A program made the position numbers and the translations under genes. A model generated the notes under the pieces. That model saw nothing but the letters and a program-made list of their open reading frames with translations. It was not told where the DNA came from and did no database searches. DNA of 64,000 nucleotides from an uncultured Candidatus Saccharibacteria bacterium. GTDB taxonomy: Bacteria; Patescibacteriota; Doudnabacteria; UBA920. The stretch is from contig CAZEKH010000004.1 of the NCBI GenBank assembly GCA_964512925.1, positions 2,431 to 66,430 of the forward strand, written 5' to 3'. Of this stretch, positions 62,479 through 64,000 are shown piece after piece. Position 1 is the stretch's first letter, and every line of letters starts with the position of its first letter.

Positions 62479-64000
62479 TTACTCAAAATGCACCGCCTGG
62501 CCTTTTAGTTTTTGTTGGAGCAGGGGGTAGTTTTTTAGTTCCAGATCATCTTCCAAAAGTTTTCTGGCCTCTTGCCTAGCTTTGGGGATCAGGGCTATGT
62601 AGTCGGGGTTGAAGTATTTGTAATCAAAACCTGACTGAGTTTCGCCAAACAGCTTGCCAAAACCCCTTTGCTTTAAGTCTATTTCAGCCAGCTCAAAGCC
62701 GTTTCGGGTTTTGGTAAAGGAAGTGAGGCGGTCTAAGCTTTCGTTTTGAACAATAACTCTCCCAGGACCCCTCTTTGAAAAAGAGGGGGTTTCTGCAATT
62801 TCGCCCCCTCTTAAAGTAAGAGGGGGTTTGGGGGTGATACTGTTTTCTGTTGTAAACAAAAAGCAGTAGCTTTGGTGTTCGGCACGGCCGACGCGGCCGC
62901 GAAACTGGTGGAGCTGGGACAGACCGAAACGTTCTGCTCCTTCTATGACCATCACTGAAGCGTTTGGCACATCTACCCCAACTTCCACAACTGACGTTGA
63001 AACTAGGATTTGGATTTTGTTGTCTAAAAAATCCTGCATAACTTGTTCTTTTTCTTTGCTCTTCATTTTTCCGTGGAGGAGACCAATCAGAACTCCCCCC
63101 GCCTTCGCCAAGGCTTCGGCGGGCAAGGCCTGCCCACTCCCCTCAAGGGAGGGGAAAGAGGCGGTAAAGGGGGATGAAGGGGGTTTTTGAGAAAGCTCAG
63201 CAAATATTTTTTGCAGATTTAAAACTTCTGTTTTGGCGGACTTTATGTCAGACGTTTCGTTTTCCTCTATGAGCGGGGTTATGACAAAAGCCTGCCTGCC
63301 TTTTTGTATTTGTTCTTTAATAAACTCATAAGCCTTGTTTCTGTTTTCGTCTGTAACCAGTTTGGTTATGATAGGTTTTCTTTCAGCCGGCTTTTGTCTT
63401 ATCTGCGAAATATCTAACTCTCCAACAAAAGCCAGTTTAAGCGTGCGCGGGATCGGCGTTGCGCTCATAGAAAGTAAATGAGGCACTTTATGAGTCACTG
63501 AGTCGTTATCCGCGTGGCTCCGCTTCTTAGTCGGATCCGCATGAAATCCGCGCAGCAAAGTTCCTCTTTGCTCTACCCCGAAGCGGTGTTGTTCGTCGAT
63601 GATCACGAGGGCTAATTTTTTAAAATTGACCTTTTCTTCCAAAAGCGCGTGCGTGCCGATGTACAGCCCTGGCATACCATCCTGAAGTTCTTGTAGTAAT
63701 TCTTTTTTAGTTTTTTCTTTACGATTGATGAGTGAGTAGGTTTGAGTATAAAGTATGCTGCGGCAGTTGAAAAAAGGTTTTTTTTCCACCAAATATTTCA
63801 AAGCGCTTTCGTGATGCTGTTTGGCTAAAACTTCAGTTGGGCATAACAAAGCTACTTGTAAGCCTTTTTGTATCGCCTGAAGTGCGGCGATGAAAGAAAC
63901 CAAAGTTTTTCCCGACCCAACATCTCCTTCCAAAAGCCTGTTCATAGGAGATGATTTTTCCATATCCTGCAGTATGTCCCAGGCCGCTTTTTTTTGTTCT
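62479..64000 (-). CDS. recG: ATP-dependent DNA helicase RecG, 5'-partial (continues beyond the window end). It carries two in-frame hairpin-repeat insertions.
   Basis: Motif I MNRLLEGDVGSGKT, motif II LVIIDEQHRFG, and LHGKMKSKEK...ILVSTSVVEVGVDVP...FRGRVGR (helicase C-domain). The minus-strand frame stays open to nt 64000 (EQKKAAWDILQDMEKSSP...). The extra segments PPSSPFTASFPSLEGSGQALPAEALAKAGG and PPLTLRGGEIAETPSFSKRGPGRV coincide with repeat copies at about 63095-63188 and about 62767-62838. Confidence 0.88.
   Translation of the reverse strand, partial: EQKKAAWDILQDMEKSSPMNRLLEGDVGSGKTLVSFIAALQAIQKGLQVALLCPTEVLAKQHHESALKYLVEKKPFFNCRSILYTQTYSLINRKEKTKKELLQELQDGMPGLYIGTHALLEEKVNFKKLALVIIDEQHRFGVEQRGTLLRGFHADPTKKRSHADNDSVTHKVPHLLSMSATPIPRTLKLAFVGELDISQIRQKPAERKPIITKLVTDENRNKAYEFIKEQIQKGRQAFVITPLIEENETSDIKSAKTEVLNLQKIFAELSQKPPSSPFTASFPSLEGSGQALPAEALAKAGGVLIGLLHGKMKSKEKEQVMQDFLDNKIQILVSTSVVEVGVDVPNASVMVIEGAERFGLSQLHQFRGRVGRAEHQSYCFLFTTENSITPKPPLTLRGGEIAETPSFSKRGPGRVIVQNESLDRLTSFTKTRNGFELAEIDLKQRGFGKLFGETQSGFDYKYFNPDYIALIPKARQEARKLLEDDLELKNYPLLQQKLKGQAVHFE
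62767..62838. repeat. hairpin repeat family 1 double copy, inside the recG CDS and in-frame
   Basis: CCCCTCTTtgaaaaAGAGGGGG...CCCCCTCTTAAAGTAAGAGGGGGTTTGGGGGTGAT. The loop TTAAAGTAA is identical to the intergenic copy at 11738-11770. Confidence 0.7.
63095..63188. repeat. GC-rich hairpin repeat inside the recG CDS and in-frame
   Basis: CCGCCTTCGCCAAGGCTTCGGCGGGCAAGGCCTGCCCACTCCCCTCaagGGAGGGGAAAGAGGCGGTAAAGGGGGATGAAGGGGG. It shares the 12-mer CTTCGCCAAGGC with the 110-bp repeat at 19.6-20.0 kb. Confidence 0.6.

Noticed and set aside
1-64000. Alternative genetic code (UGA recoding as in some CPR lineages) or TAA readthrough as an explanation for the in-frame stops
   Set aside because: All long housekeeping ORFs close with standard stops and contain no internal TGA-dependent continuity. 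The two in-frame stops of interest are TAA, which is not reassigned in known bacterial codes. A pseudogene or split-gene explanation is preferred.

Overview
This is a 64-kb segment of a low-GC (about 40%) bacterial chromosome. The gene content and style (many small hypothetical membrane or secreted proteins, a type-IV-secretion-like cluster, few metabolic genes) suggest a reduced-genome, CPR/Patescibacteria-like organism; this is inference only. The standard genetic code fits all long ORFs. The ORF track calls TTG/GTG starts as M, so several annotated N-termini are extensions. Coordinates derived by hand for repeats are good to about +/-2 nt.

Housekeeping backbone:
- The rplT-rpmI-infC operon (minus strand), with an ~88-nt element duplicated in front of rpmI and rplT.
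- An NRAMP transporter, SIMPL/DUF541 protein, 6-phosphogluconolactonase-like protein, secreted GH43-like hydrolase and type II NADH dehydrogenase.
- A histidine phosphatase, two YtxH/DUF948 proteins, a PLD-like protein, smpB, argS, a NUDIX hydrolase, ileS and recO.
- A DUF11 surface protein, LysM-CHAP hydrolase, uvrD/pcrA, rsmA(ksgA), a DUF192 protein, radA and a 5'-partial recG (minus strand, runs off the window end).

Accessory content:
1. A mobile-element-like island, about 12.9-23.5 kb. It holds a large serine recombinase abutting a tRNA-like 3' fragment, a frameshifted HUH rolling-circle Rep, a GC-rich structured segment, a DUF2726 nuclease-like protein, ~110-bp tandem-like repeats and a small GIY-YIG protein. 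It ends with an 894-aa protein combining an HsdR_N-like PD-(D/E)xK nuclease, a P-loop NTPase and a C-terminal S1 domain; I treat this as the strongest candidate for an undescribed defence function.
2. A type-IV-secretion-like cluster, about 43-58.5 kb. It has a giant VirB6/TrbL-like membrane protein, a VirB3-like small membrane protein, a VirB4 split into two ORFs by an in-frame TAA, and a VirB1-like transglycosylase fused to a ~700-aa acidic disordered region. No VirD4, VirB11 or relaxase is present in the window.
3. A dense population of miniature hairpin repeats in at least two families. Several copies sit in-frame inside ndh and recG, in the manner of Rickettsia palindromic elements. One inverted pair brackets a DUF559 endonuclease gene between smpB and argS.

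Also present: a mazF/pemK-like toxin interrupted by an in-frame TAA, and in-frame short tandem repeats inside ileS and argS. No rRNA, CRISPR array or complete tRNA was found.
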